Positions 49,450-57,856 of a stretch of 64,000 nt of DNA are shown piece after piece. The DNA is taken from positions 64,001-128,000 of the forward strand of contig JAIPGM010000004.1 of NCBI GenBank assembly GCA_021735655.1. Direction: 5' to 3'. Below the pieces are notes generated by a model that made no database searches, was not told the origin of the DNA, and saw only the letters and a program-made list of their open reading frames with translations. A program made the translations under genes and the position numbers. Each line of letters opens with the position of its first letter. Position 1 is the first letter of the stretch. This DNA is from Candidatus Omnitrophota bacterium. GTDB taxonomy: Bacteria; Omnitrophota; Gorgyraeia; Duberdicusellales; 4484-171.

Positions 49450-50307
49450 CTACCTTTTACCGATAACCCGCCTATACCTACCACGTTTTGGGTTTATCAT
49501 AAGCTGACGAAAAGCCTCAGCTCGCTGATTTTCCCTCCACTTTTGTTCTTCAGCTTGTTGTTTCTCTTTTTCTCGTTGCTCATCCATGTGAGATAGAATA
49601 TCTTGAGCTAAAAGCAAACGTGAATTATTTAAGGCACATTCTACAAAGTCTTTTCGACTAAGGCTGGCAACTACAGCCCATCCGCCCATATCTCCCGGAA
49701 AAAGACACCAAAGAAAAGATCGCCTTTCATCTGCCTGATCGACAGGGGGAATACCTTGAAAATCAAAATAAACTGGTACTGAGCTTTCAAGCCACCTTTT
49801 AGGAAAACATTCTTCTGGGAAATAGGTAAAATATATGCCTTTCCAAATTGAAGATCCAAAGTCTTTATGCCCTGACCCGGCATGGAAATCATTAGACCCT
49901 TTACAAAAACGTCGGTAGTCCATCGACAATCGTGTACCGTTAACAAGCCACACCATATTTTTATAAAAATTTTCACGACTCTTTATCTCATCAGAGTCGA
50001 TTGCCGAATGCTGAAATTCTATTACAAGCCCACTGATCGTTTTTACATCTGCAATATGTTTTTCTTCATTCATAGAATCAAAGTGCCCAAGCTCCTGCCA
50101 TTCTTTCGGAAAATGTTTCTTCCATTCTCTGTGCCACTCCGCTTCATTCTCCCACCATGGATCACACAACGATTTTCGCTTATGCTTCCAATGCCAAACT
50201 TTTTCTGCCCCACAATAAGCGATCATATCGCTTTGGCAATGCACACACGAACCTCGTAACCCCGGCTGAGCTTCCGTCTTATCTCCGCCAACCAGAGCAA
50301 ATCTCAT
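49450..50307 (-). CDS. competence protein CoiA-like family nuclease-related protein
   Basis: N-terminus MRFALVGGDK...CVHCQSDMIAYCGAEKVWHWKH matches the CoiA N-terminal zinc-ribbon-like region. Confidence 0.55.
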   Translation of the reverse strand: MRFALVGGDKTEAQPGLRGSCVHCQSDMIAYCGAEKVWHWKHKRKSLCDPWWENEAEWHREWKKHFPKEWQELGHFDSMNEEKHIADVKTISGLVIEFQHSAIDSDEIKSRENFYKNMVWLVNGTRLSMDYRRFCKGSNDFHAGSGHKDFGSSIWKGIYFTYFPEECFPKRWLESSVPVYFDFQGIPPVDQADERRSFLWCLFPGDMGGWAVVASLSRKDFVECALNNSRLLLAQDILSHMDEQREKEKQQAEEQKWRENQRAEAFRQLMINPKRGRYRRVIGKR

Positions 50308-50552
50308 ATTTTATTCCTTTTTTTTTCGGTGTTATTAGTGCAAGCCCATACTAAAGCGACAATCCACGCAATTCCCCCAGTAAAAACCATAAACAGGTTT
50401 AAGATAAATATGGCTAAAGCATTATTATGCTTCCTCTTTCTAGCAACAACAGTCGGCAAGAAATAAAAACCGATGGCAACGATACCGCCAATAATTCCCA
50501 AAACAATCCATGCTACAGGGGCTTGATCCCACCAAGCAATAAAATCGCCCAT
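50304..50552 (-). CDS. superinfection immunity (Imm-like) small membrane protein
   Basis: YFLPTVVARKRKHNNALAIFILNLFMVFTGGIAWIVALVWA matches the pfam14373 pattern. Confidence 0.6.
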   Translation of the reverse strand: MGDFIAWWDQAPVAWIVLGIIGGIVAIGFYFLPTVVARKRKHNNALAIFILNLFMVFTGGIAWIVALVWACTNNTEKKRNKI

Positions 50553-50583
50553 TCATTACTCCTAGAGAAAATCTCTTAAACTT

Positions 50584-50829
50584 TTACTTTTGTTCCTCAT
50601 TTTCAAGAACATAACCTTGACCATAATCTATTATCTCTACCCATTGTTTACCTTTGTTTATGTTTAAATCCCAGACTCTGCCGGTTATGGTGTCACATTT
50701 CATCCACATCATTCCACCCAACTGACCACTTCCTTGATAAGTTGTGACTTGATATCTACCATTCAGTGCAAACAAAAAGGCTGATACTGCCAAAGAAATA
50801 CACAGAATCATTATTCCAAAATTCTTCAT
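50584..50829 (-). CDS. small secreted hypothetical protein
   Basis: Signal peptide, 81 aa. Confidence 0.4.
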   Translation of the reverse strand: MKNFGIMILCISLAVSAFLFALNGRYQVTTYQGSGQLGGMMWMKCDTITGRVWDLNINKGKQWVEIIDYGQGYVLENEEQK

Positions 50830-50870
50830 ATATCCTCCTGAGTCATTTAAACACTACCGTTTTGTAATCT

Positions 50871-51266
50871 CTATTCTTCCTCATTTACAAAAATCGCCGT
50901 TCCTTTAACAACCTTGGCATTTACAGGCGCAACCCATATTGCACCACTCCCATAACCACCGGCCATAGTAGATGTCTGAGTTCCCGTATTTGTTAATAAC
51001 ACACCGTTTGCGCCGATTTTTGCCGCTTGTTTTTTAAGCTCCGCAACTGCATAATCTTGTGAGTCTTGATCCGTCCATCCCGAATCACTTGATGCTTCAA
51101 CAACCCCAAGCACATCATATTTCTTTGGTTCCTCTAAATAAAGCTTTACTGATTGTGGATCCGTAGATGGCCGGGCAGTTCCAGTAAGGATAACACTACC
51201 CGTTGCACAGCCTATGAGAAACGAAGCTACTAGGCAACAAACAATAATTTTGGAATATTGTTTCAT
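50871..51266 (-). CDS. lipoprotein, hypothetical
   Basis: Lipobox LIGC after signal peptide. Confidence 0.45.
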   Translation of the reverse strand: MKQYSKIIVCCLVASFLIGCATGSVILTGTARPSTDPQSVKLYLEEPKKYDVLGVVEASSDSGWTDQDSQDYAVAELKKQAAKIGANGVLLTNTGTQTSTMAGGYGSGAIWVAPVNAKVVKGTAIFVNEEE

Positions 51267-52027
51267 CTTTTTGCCCCCTCTATTTTTTCTTTATCAGAAA
51301 ATATGGAAATAACAGAAGCTTTGTTGTTGTCACCGCCAAACCATATCCAAAACACATTGTCATCTGAAGTCATCATCGCACCGGTATATTTAGAGAACAT
51401 ATTTTTAGGGTTTGCTTCCTTAAAAGCATCCAAAAATTCGGGATAAAAAATCTCATCAAATTTTACCAAAAATTCATCTCTATTTTTAATTTCGCCGAGA
51501 TCTGTGTTTAATGGGTAATAAACCATGTTGGAGACTTTTTCTTTGTCTCGATTTAGGACTGATCTTTTGAAATCTTGGGCAAAATTATCCACCATTTCAT
51601 CATCGTCCATTCCGCCAATAGCATACATGGAATTCAAATCGCCTGCACTGCCATAATCCATTTTAAGCCTTATATGCCCAGTTGCTTCCGCAGAACTTAT
51701 GTCTCCCGCAATAACTTCACGATTCAGCTTGGAATCTCCATAAGCGTCATCTTGATCTTGAAAAGACGCATTGATCACTATGCCATCCTCATTTTTTAAA
51801 GTAATTTTTCTGCCATCAAGAGTTCCGGAAAGCGGAATGCTCATATAATCCGAATCAAAATATAACTCACCAATTACATTCTCCTGATCATATACAAGAG
51901 TTAATCCACCAGTTTGACCTGCAATGTCGCCCCTGTATGTCCAGTGCCAATCTTTGGTGAATGAATCACAATGCCCCTCTGCGCCAGTGAACAACAGACA
52001 AAAAACAAATATAAGCAATGCCCGCAT
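51263..52027 (-). CDS. secreted hypothetical protein
   Basis: Signal peptide; 254 aa; 4-nt overlap with downstream gene. Confidence 0.4.
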   Translation of the reverse strand: MRALLIFVFCLLFTGAEGHCDSFTKDWHWTYRGDIAGQTGGLTLVYDQENVIGELYFDSDYMSIPLSGTLDGRKITLKNEDGIVINASFQDQDDAYGDSKLNREVIAGDISSAEATGHIRLKMDYGSAGDLNSMYAIGGMDDDEMVDNFAQDFKRSVLNRDKEKVSNMVYYPLNTDLGEIKNRDEFLVKFDEIFYPEFLDAFKEANPKNMFSKYTGAMMTSDDNVFWIWFGGDNNKASVISIFSDKEKIEGAKR

Positions 52028-52029
52028 TC

Positions 52030-53340
52030 CTAGACCTCTTTTTCCTTTAAGAAATCAAGTACGGGCTTGAATTTCTTTATTGTACTGATGATTTCGCCCT
52101 CTAACTCTACTGATTCTGTAAGCACCTTAGTTCCTCTGTCAATAGAATACCTAAAGTGTATACCGGGAGCCCCCGGCTCTTTATCCGCTTTTTTCAAAAC
52201 ATCACAAATATATTGAACGTCTTTTTGCGTATTAATATCACTCAACTTCATTTCAAAGAATTTAACCCATTTTTCATTGCCGGGCATTATGCGTTTCCCT
52301 GTTCTCGGCAAACGTTTTGAAACTACCAGCCTCGATTCCTTTCTGGCACCGCTTATAACCTGAAGGAATTTATTTGTATTTGTAGATATCCGATTAAAAA
52401 ATATGCCGATAGGGGTCTTACTCTGAGATGTCCGACCGTTGCGGACAACAGTGTTGATATCCAAACAACTCTTTGAAACCTCAATAGTAAAATTACATTG
52501 GTTAAAAACGTCCTTGCCATCCTTTGGTCTTTTAATTGCGACCCAAGCAAACCTCTCATCCTTGCCACTTCTCGATATGTTCCCGGGCTTAATAAATGAA
52601 TATTCAGAACCGATTTCTTTCGGCAGTTTTTCTTTTATGATATTTGCCAGAGCTTTAAGTTTTTTCCTGAGAATAGGGACGTAATACGGATTGGGGTCAA
52701 TCCAAAAATCAAAATCCGAGTCTTTGAATCCATTAAATTCGGTCATTACGACTACCTCCATGTAATCAATAAACTGCTCAATTAATTGTGCAACCGCAGA
52801 TAGCGATTTATTTCCTTTTATTTTCTCAACTGTGCGACGGCATATTTTATGAACCTTCGACCAGCTAAGGTATCTAACACGGTTATCGCTAATGCTATTT
52901 AAACTGCTTTTGTCATCTAAATTGTTCGTTATAACAACAAGGACATCTTTAGCACCTATATCGCTCAAATGCCGTCTAATTTGATCAAGATCCAATCTTG
53001 CCCGAACTTTCGATTCAATATGGATATTGTAATCTGCCAAATCGATCAAAGCATCAGGTCTGCTACCGCTTAATCCTTTCTGCAGTTTAAAAGAAACCAC
53101 CGGGCGATTTGGTGCCTCGATTGCTTTTAAGAATCCAGACAAAAGGTCGACAAAACCTGCCTGACAGCAAAATTCGAATATATTGACCAGCCCTTTGGTA
53201 GTGTTATCCTCAACTTGGAAATCATACAAGGATTCTTTATCTCGCTTAGAAGGCCCCCGGTAATAAAAAAATATGTTCTGATGAGGATCTCTCACGCTTT
53301 TCTCCCATATTCGGTCTTTAAAAATTTGCCATAAGCCCAC
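52030..53340 (-). CDS. PD-(D/E)XK nuclease-fold protein with unknown C-terminal domain (candidate defence effector)
   Basis: RPDALIDLADYNIHIESK is a PD...D...ExK arrangement near the N-terminal third; 436 aa. Confidence 0.45.
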   Translation of the reverse strand: MGLWQIFKDRIWEKSVRDPHQNIFFYYRGPSKRDKESLYDFQVEDNTTKGLVNIFEFCCQAGFVDLLSGFLKAIEAPNRPVVSFKLQKGLSGSRPDALIDLADYNIHIESKVRARLDLDQIRRHLSDIGAKDVLVVITNNLDDKSSLNSISDNRVRYLSWSKVHKICRRTVEKIKGNKSLSAVAQLIEQFIDYMEVVVMTEFNGFKDSDFDFWIDPNPYYVPILRKKLKALANIIKEKLPKEIGSEYSFIKPGNISRSGKDERFAWVAIKRPKDGKDVFNQCNFTIEVSKSCLDINTVVRNGRTSQSKTPIGIFFNRISTNTNKFLQVISGARKESRLVVSKRLPRTGKRIMPGNEKWVKFFEMKLSDINTQKDVQYICDVLKKADKEPGAPGIHFRYSIDRGTKVLTESVELEGEIISTIKKFKPVLDFLKEKEV

Positions 53341-53885
53341 AGGGCTTCATCAAGCCGCTTCCATGCAACCCCTTTTTTGCATAGCTCATTAAAAAATGGG
53401 GCATACTCCGCAAAATATATTTGTTCTTTTTGCTTGTTGCTATTTGGAATTTCATTGCGTCGGTTTTGACTCAAAAAGATAAAAGCCCTATAAACATGCT
53501 GATCAAATATCGGGAAATCATTCGGCGTGATTATGTGTAAAAGATATATTTTCCAGATAGCTCCGTTTACAAAACTGAAATCTTTTAAGAAAGAATCGAG
53601 GGAAAAAAAGTCCTTAAGGTTATTGATGACATTCAGCTTGGCTTTAATATTCGATAGCACTACTTCTTTTTTCTGGGATAGTTTACTCCCATTTTTCCAA
53701 ATAAATAATTTATCAATATCATCGATGCTGAATTTTTTCTTTCCGATAATAGGGACGTAATAATCTTCCATAGGATAGTTATAAAAACTGCTCCAGAATT
53801 TAACAAACTCATCTATTGTGACATTTTTTGTGTTTAAAACCGGGAAATTCATTATTGCTCCGTTAAATTTTCCCCACTTGGACAA
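53292..53885 (-). CDS. hypothetical protein, probably co-transcribed with the PD-(D/E)XK gene
   Basis: 197-aa ORF overlapping the downstream gene by 49 nt; no recognised motif. Confidence 0.35.
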   Translation of the reverse strand: MSKWGKFNGAIMNFPVLNTKNVTIDEFVKFWSSFYNYPMEDYYVPIIGKKKFSIDDIDKLFIWKNGSKLSQKKEVVLSNIKAKLNVINNLKDFFSLDSFLKDFSFVNGAIWKIYLLHIITPNDFPIFDQHVYRAFIFLSQNRRNEIPNSNKQKEQIYFAEYAPFFNELCKKGVAWKRLDEALWAYGKFLKTEYGRKA

Positions 53886-53932
53886 TAGGCTTCATCAGAA
53901 AAAACATTGTGCAAAATGTTATGATTTTACTT

Positions 53933-54430
53933 TTACTCATTCTTCTCCTTTTTTCCGTTCTTTATTACCTTTTCTAATGCGTGGATAACTTTATCGACTT
54001 GAATGTTTATATCACGCTTTATTAGATGCTCCCATAAACGGACCACAATCCACCCTTTTCTTTTTAAAAATAGAGTGGTTTTTTTGTCTCGCAATCGATT
54101 CTTTTCTATTTTTGTTTTCCAAAAATCATTCTTTAATAAATGCTTCCAGCGAGAATACTGCCAACCATGCCAAAAATCGCTATCTAAGAAAACACACAGT
54201 TTAGCTCTTTTAAAAACGATATCTGGCTTCCCTTTTATAAGTTGCACATTTCTCTCAAATGTTTTCCTTGTTCGTTTTTTTAATGCGCGAATGAAATCTT
54301 CCTCAAATTTTGTGTCTCGAGACCGTATTTTTGACATTACAACAGAACGGTGTTCTTTTGTGATTTTGTCTGATTCTCGTTTTTTCTTAAAATTGCGACC
54401 TAAATAGTTTTTGATTCTTCTCTTTGTCAT
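53933..54430 (-). CDS. vsr: very-short-patch-repair endonuclease (Vsr)
   Basis: TKEHRSVVMSKIRSRDTKFE...GKPDIVF...VFLDSDFWHGW...NDFWKTKIEKNRLRD...GWIVVRLWEH matches the Vsr signature throughout. Confidence 0.85.
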   Translation of the reverse strand: MTKRRIKNYLGRNFKKKRESDKITKEHRSVVMSKIRSRDTKFEEDFIRALKKRTRKTFERNVQLIKGKPDIVFKRAKLCVFLDSDFWHGWQYSRWKHLLKNDFWKTKIEKNRLRDKKTTLFLKRKGWIVVRLWEHLIKRDINIQVDKVIHALEKVIKNGKKEKNE

Positions 54431-54433
54431 AGC

Positions 54434-55609
54434 CTAATAAGACAATCCATATTTCTTCATTGCTTCTTTTAGTAATGGCGGTGATTTCCGTTCACCAAAA
54501 GCGTCCCCTAAAAGATGTACTATAAATTTCTCAGTTTTAGGTAAAATAACACTTGAATGCTGAACGACTAAACTCACCCATTTATCAACCAGTTCTTTTG
54601 TTCTTATATATTCCTTTAATTCCCAATAGTGCCTGACCTCGTCAACCGTGAGTTTTGAAACAATTTCAATAATTTCTTTAGCGTTTCTTTGGAGGTAATA
54701 AAATATCTTTGGAATCTTATGGTACGCCACGTCATTAATAACAATTGTCTGTTGTCCTCCAGCGGTAAATCTATCTCTAAGCGAAGAATCCACCACACCA
54801 TGACGAGCCGCTAACCAAGTCGCGAAATTTTGATATTTTGTTTGACTCCTACCAAATATCTCAGGGAATCTTGCCATAGCTTCATTTCTAAAGCGATTCT
54901 GTTTATCTTCATGAAGATTGCCCCACAAAGTAACTGTGGGACTTAGCATGGCGTCAACTTCATCCCCGGGATCCATCCACCAAGGTTCTTCTCCTTTTTT
55001 AGAAATTTTGCGAAAATAACGAACAACTTCCTTAATCGGATTATCTTGTTTCCGCAAAATGTTATATTCCGTTCCCATCTTATCAAATATGGTTTTCCCA
55101 GAATCAAGCTCCATATCTATCAAATATCTCGGGGAATGGGTTACAGCGATGTCGTAAAGACATTCTTCATATCTTCGAAACTTAAACTTTGGTGGAGCGA
55201 CCAGTCTTCCAAAAAATAGATATATTCTTTCAACGCCTTCAACTCTTGTTGTTTCAAGGACACTATTGCCAGTACTACGCCAATGATCTTGTTTGGTAAT
55301 TTTTACTTCCACTCCGTAATATCGTTTCGCCACTATATCTGGAAATTTATGCCCTGATATAAGTTGTATCGTTCCTTCAAATTCAGTTTTTTTCGATGAA
55401 ATCAACATAGAACCGTAGACTTCTTTTTCAAAATCTGATGAAGATAATCCGCAATAGCGCTTTGGAGCTTTTGACGCTTCATCTTGAATGGTTTTAATCC
55501 CACCGTTCAATAAAGTCTCAAAAGAATTCTCACTCGCTTCTGTCCTTTTAGATATAATCATTTTAATCCTTTCTTGAAAATCTTTGGCCATAGCTCCTGT
55601 AGACGCCAC
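54434..55609 (-). CDS. putative type II restriction endonuclease (inferred from position between C5-MTase and Vsr)
   Basis: No motif recognised. The M-R-Vsr gene order is known from HpaII-type systems. 52-nt overlap with the MTase suggests a later start. Confidence 0.35.
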   Translation of the reverse strand: MASTGAMAKDFQERIKMIISKRTEASENSFETLLNGGIKTIQDEASKAPKRYCGLSSSDFEKEVYGSMLISSKKTEFEGTIQLISGHKFPDIVAKRYYGVEVKITKQDHWRSTGNSVLETTRVEGVERIYLFFGRLVAPPKFKFRRYEECLYDIAVTHSPRYLIDMELDSGKTIFDKMGTEYNILRKQDNPIKEVVRYFRKISKKGEEPWWMDPGDEVDAMLSPTVTLWGNLHEDKQNRFRNEAMARFPEIFGRSQTKYQNFATWLAARHGVVDSSLRDRFTAGGQQTIVINDVAYHKIPKIFYYLQRNAKEIIEIVSKLTVDEVRHYWELKEYIRTKELVDKWVSLVVQHSSVILPKTEKFIVHLLGDAFGERKSPPLLKEAMKKYGLSY

Positions 55610-56847
55610 GCCACATTAAAAGCTAATAATGGTGGCACAGCGTTGCCAATCACTCTGTAACCATCTGATGGGCTCAAAGCAAACTCCGATCCTAAAACCG
55701 AAGCGCTTCTCGTAAAAGCGAAATCATCGGGAAAGGTTTGAATTCTGGCGCATTCTCGAACTGTCAACCGTCGCTCTTTTAGCCCCATATCAATTTCTTT
55801 AAGATTTTTTCCGCCATGCTCTTTCGACAAACGTCTAAATTCTATATTCCCATGATGTTCAGCTCGAATCGTTGGCCCTAATCCCATCACATTAACTTCA
55901 CTTTGTCCTTGGCAATGTTTTCCATACCACTTAGCTCTTGAATAAGCTTTTTGAGAGGGGTCATTCGAGAATTCCGGTTCTTTCAGTCCAACAAAAGCGT
56001 CTTTAACTTTTACAAAGGGCAATAAGTGTGAATCTTCACTAATTTCACCATGCGTTCTTGGGGGATATGGGTTAAAGCACGAATCATCACTCAATAAGGT
56101 TAATTGTTCAATAGCTTTTCTAGTCAGAGCATCCCTTCTAAAACCGATAAAAACTACCCTCTCTCTAGTCTGGGGGGCACCATAATCCTGCGCTCTTAAT
56201 ACTTTAGCGTTAACAACCAAATAACCATTATCTCCAATAGATCCAAAATCATTTTCGATAATCTTCTTAGCGTCGGATAAAGATACTAGCCCCTTGACAT
56301 TTTCGGCAAGAAATACTTTTGGCCGGACAATTTCAATAACAGCTCTCATCCACATGTAAAGCTTCCCCCGATTTTCTTCTGATGGTTCCTTGCCGTTTAA
56401 CAATCCTCCATGATGTGCCTTGTGAGAATTAAAACCTTTGCGTTTTCCCGCCACGCTAAAATCTTGACACGGGAAACCACCAGTAACCAAATCAACTCTC
56501 GGAAAGACTCTCGCCGCTCCTGAAGAATGCTTCCTAACTAAATCAACAATACTTTCAGAATGAAAAAGCGATCCATTTTTTCCTTCTTTATCAAAATAAG
56601 GAACCCAACCAGCTTTAGCCGATTGTAAAATATCATTGGCAAAAACTGTTTTAAACACTGTTTTTGGCAATCGAACCCAATGCTTATTTATAGGATTTTT
56701 TAACCAATCTGGATGAATTATTGGATTAATGGATTTTTTAAGAACGATGAAATCACCTTCAAAACCTAAATCCATACCACCGCAACCAGAGAACAATGAA
56801 AGTACTTTCAACGTTTGTGTCTTTTTTTTCATTTTTAGTCCTATCAA
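55558..56847 (-). CDS. DNA (cytosine-5)-methyltransferase
   Basis: Motif I LSLFSGCGGMDLGF, motif IV GGFPCQDFSVAG, motif VI FLAENVKGL, plus variable region and C-terminal motifs. Confidence 0.9.
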   Translation of the reverse strand: MIGLKMKKKTQTLKVLSLFSGCGGMDLGFEGDFIVLKKSINPIIHPDWLKNPINKHWVRLPKTVFKTVFANDILQSAKAGWVPYFDKEGKNGSLFHSESIVDLVRKHSSGAARVFPRVDLVTGGFPCQDFSVAGKRKGFNSHKAHHGGLLNGKEPSEENRGKLYMWMRAVIEIVRPKVFLAENVKGLVSLSDAKKIIENDFGSIGDNGYLVVNAKVLRAQDYGAPQTRERVVFIGFRRDALTRKAIEQLTLLSDDSCFNPYPPRTHGEISEDSHLLPFVKVKDAFVGLKEPEFSNDPSQKAYSRAKWYGKHCQGQSEVNVMGLGPTIRAEHHGNIEFRRLSKEHGGKNLKEIDMGLKERRLTVRECARIQTFPDDFAFTRSASVLGSEFALSPSDGYRVIGNAVPPLLAFNVAWRLQELWPKIFKKGLK

Positions 56848-57566
56848 TTTTCCATAAACCCTTCATCAGCAAAGCTGAAGAAAGAATTATCACCAATTAT
56901 TACATGATCCAAAAAGTCAATTTTTATAGACTTGCTCACATTTAGAATATCCTTTGTTAAATTTCGATCGTCAATACTTGGATCACAATTCCCAGAAGGA
57001 TGATTGTGAGCGCAAATAAATGAACTAGAGCAACACTCTAGAGCCTTATGAAATATTTCCCTAACAATAGGATTAACTTCATCGACTGTTCCTTTTCCAA
57101 GCTCAACGATATTTATCAATCGACTCTTGGTGTCAAGATAAAGAACCTTAAATTCTTCTTTCTTTAAATCACGCATGCGAGGCGATAATAAGGTAAACAC
57201 ATCTTTGGCATTTTCAATCCTAATTTTTTTGGGAATGATTTTCCCTTCATGGAATCTTTTGCCAATTTCTATCGATGCTCGTATTTGAGCTATCTTAGCG
57301 ACACCAAGACCTTTAAACTCTTTCCAATCCAAATCCCCAGCCTGACTTAATTCCCGGAAAGAACCAAACTTTTTAATTACAGAACGAGCTAAATCCAAAG
57401 CGCTCTGTCCTCGTATCCCAATACGAAGAATAATTGCTAATAATTCGGCATCGCTTAAAGATTCTTCTCCTTTTTTTAAAAGCTTCTCTCTCGGTCGGTC
57501 ATCCACCGGCCAAGCGCTTATTCCTGATGGTTTTCTAGTCTTTGTTTTTCCCAATTTTATACCCAA
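56844..57566 (-). CDS. RadC-like JAB/MPN domain protein
   Basis: RPREKLLKKGEESLSDAELLAIILRIG, HNHPSG, DPSIDDRNLTKDI...IDFLDHVII. Start codon uncertain (TTG/GTG; no early ATG). Confidence 0.85.
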   Translation of the reverse strand: MGIKLGKTKTRKPSGISAWPVDDRPREKLLKKGEESLSDAELLAIILRIGIRGQSALDLARSVIKKFGSFRELSQAGDLDWKEFKGLGVAKIAQIRASIEIGKRFHEGKIIPKKIRIENAKDVFTLLSPRMRDLKKEEFKVLYLDTKSRLINIVELGKGTVDEVNPIVREIFHKALECCSSSFICAHNHPSGNCDPSIDDRNLTKDILNVSKSIKIDFLDHVIIGDNSFFSFADEGFMEN

Positions 57567-57602
57567 TTTAATCCCTCGTTTAATCCCTCATTTAATCCCT
57601 CA
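57567..57602. repeat. 3 tandem 12-bp direct repeats TTTAATCCCTCN immediately upstream of radC
   Basis: tttaatccctcg / tttaatccctca / tttaatccctca. Confidence 0.7.
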
Positions 57603-57619
57603 CGCACGCCAAATCATAC

Positions 57620-57820
57620 CTATTCCAGTACATCCCAATGTCCGCTTTTTCTCGAGCCAATACGCTTCAAAAAACCTTCTTCCTTTAGCTTGGCAATGGC
57701 ATTTTCCACTGTTCGCTGTGATAGCTGTATCTGATCCGCAATTTCATACGTTTTTATAAAAGAATCTGCCTCAATGGCGTTTAAAACTTTCTCCGCGTTT
57801 ATTCCGCACTTCTTCCGCAT
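57620..57820 (-). CDS. small winged-helix DNA-binding regulator
   Basis: 66 aa; IADQIQLSQRTVENAIAKLKEEGFLKR is an HTH plus wing. Confidence 0.6.
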   Translation of the reverse strand: MRKKCGINAEKVLNAIEADSFIKTYEIADQIQLSQRTVENAIAKLKEEGFLKRIGSRKSGHWDVLE

Positions 57821-57845
57821 TTCTTCCGCATTTTCTACCGCAATT
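57791..57845. repeat. 5 tandem about 11-bp repeats (minus-strand TGCGGAAGAAa) straddling the start codon of the wHTH gene
   Basis: Minus-strand read tgcggtagaaaa tgcggaagaaa tgcggaagaag tgcggaataaa cgcggagaaa. The ATG at 57818-57820 lies in the 3rd unit. Confidence 0.7.
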
Positions 57846-57856
57846 ACACTCTCATT

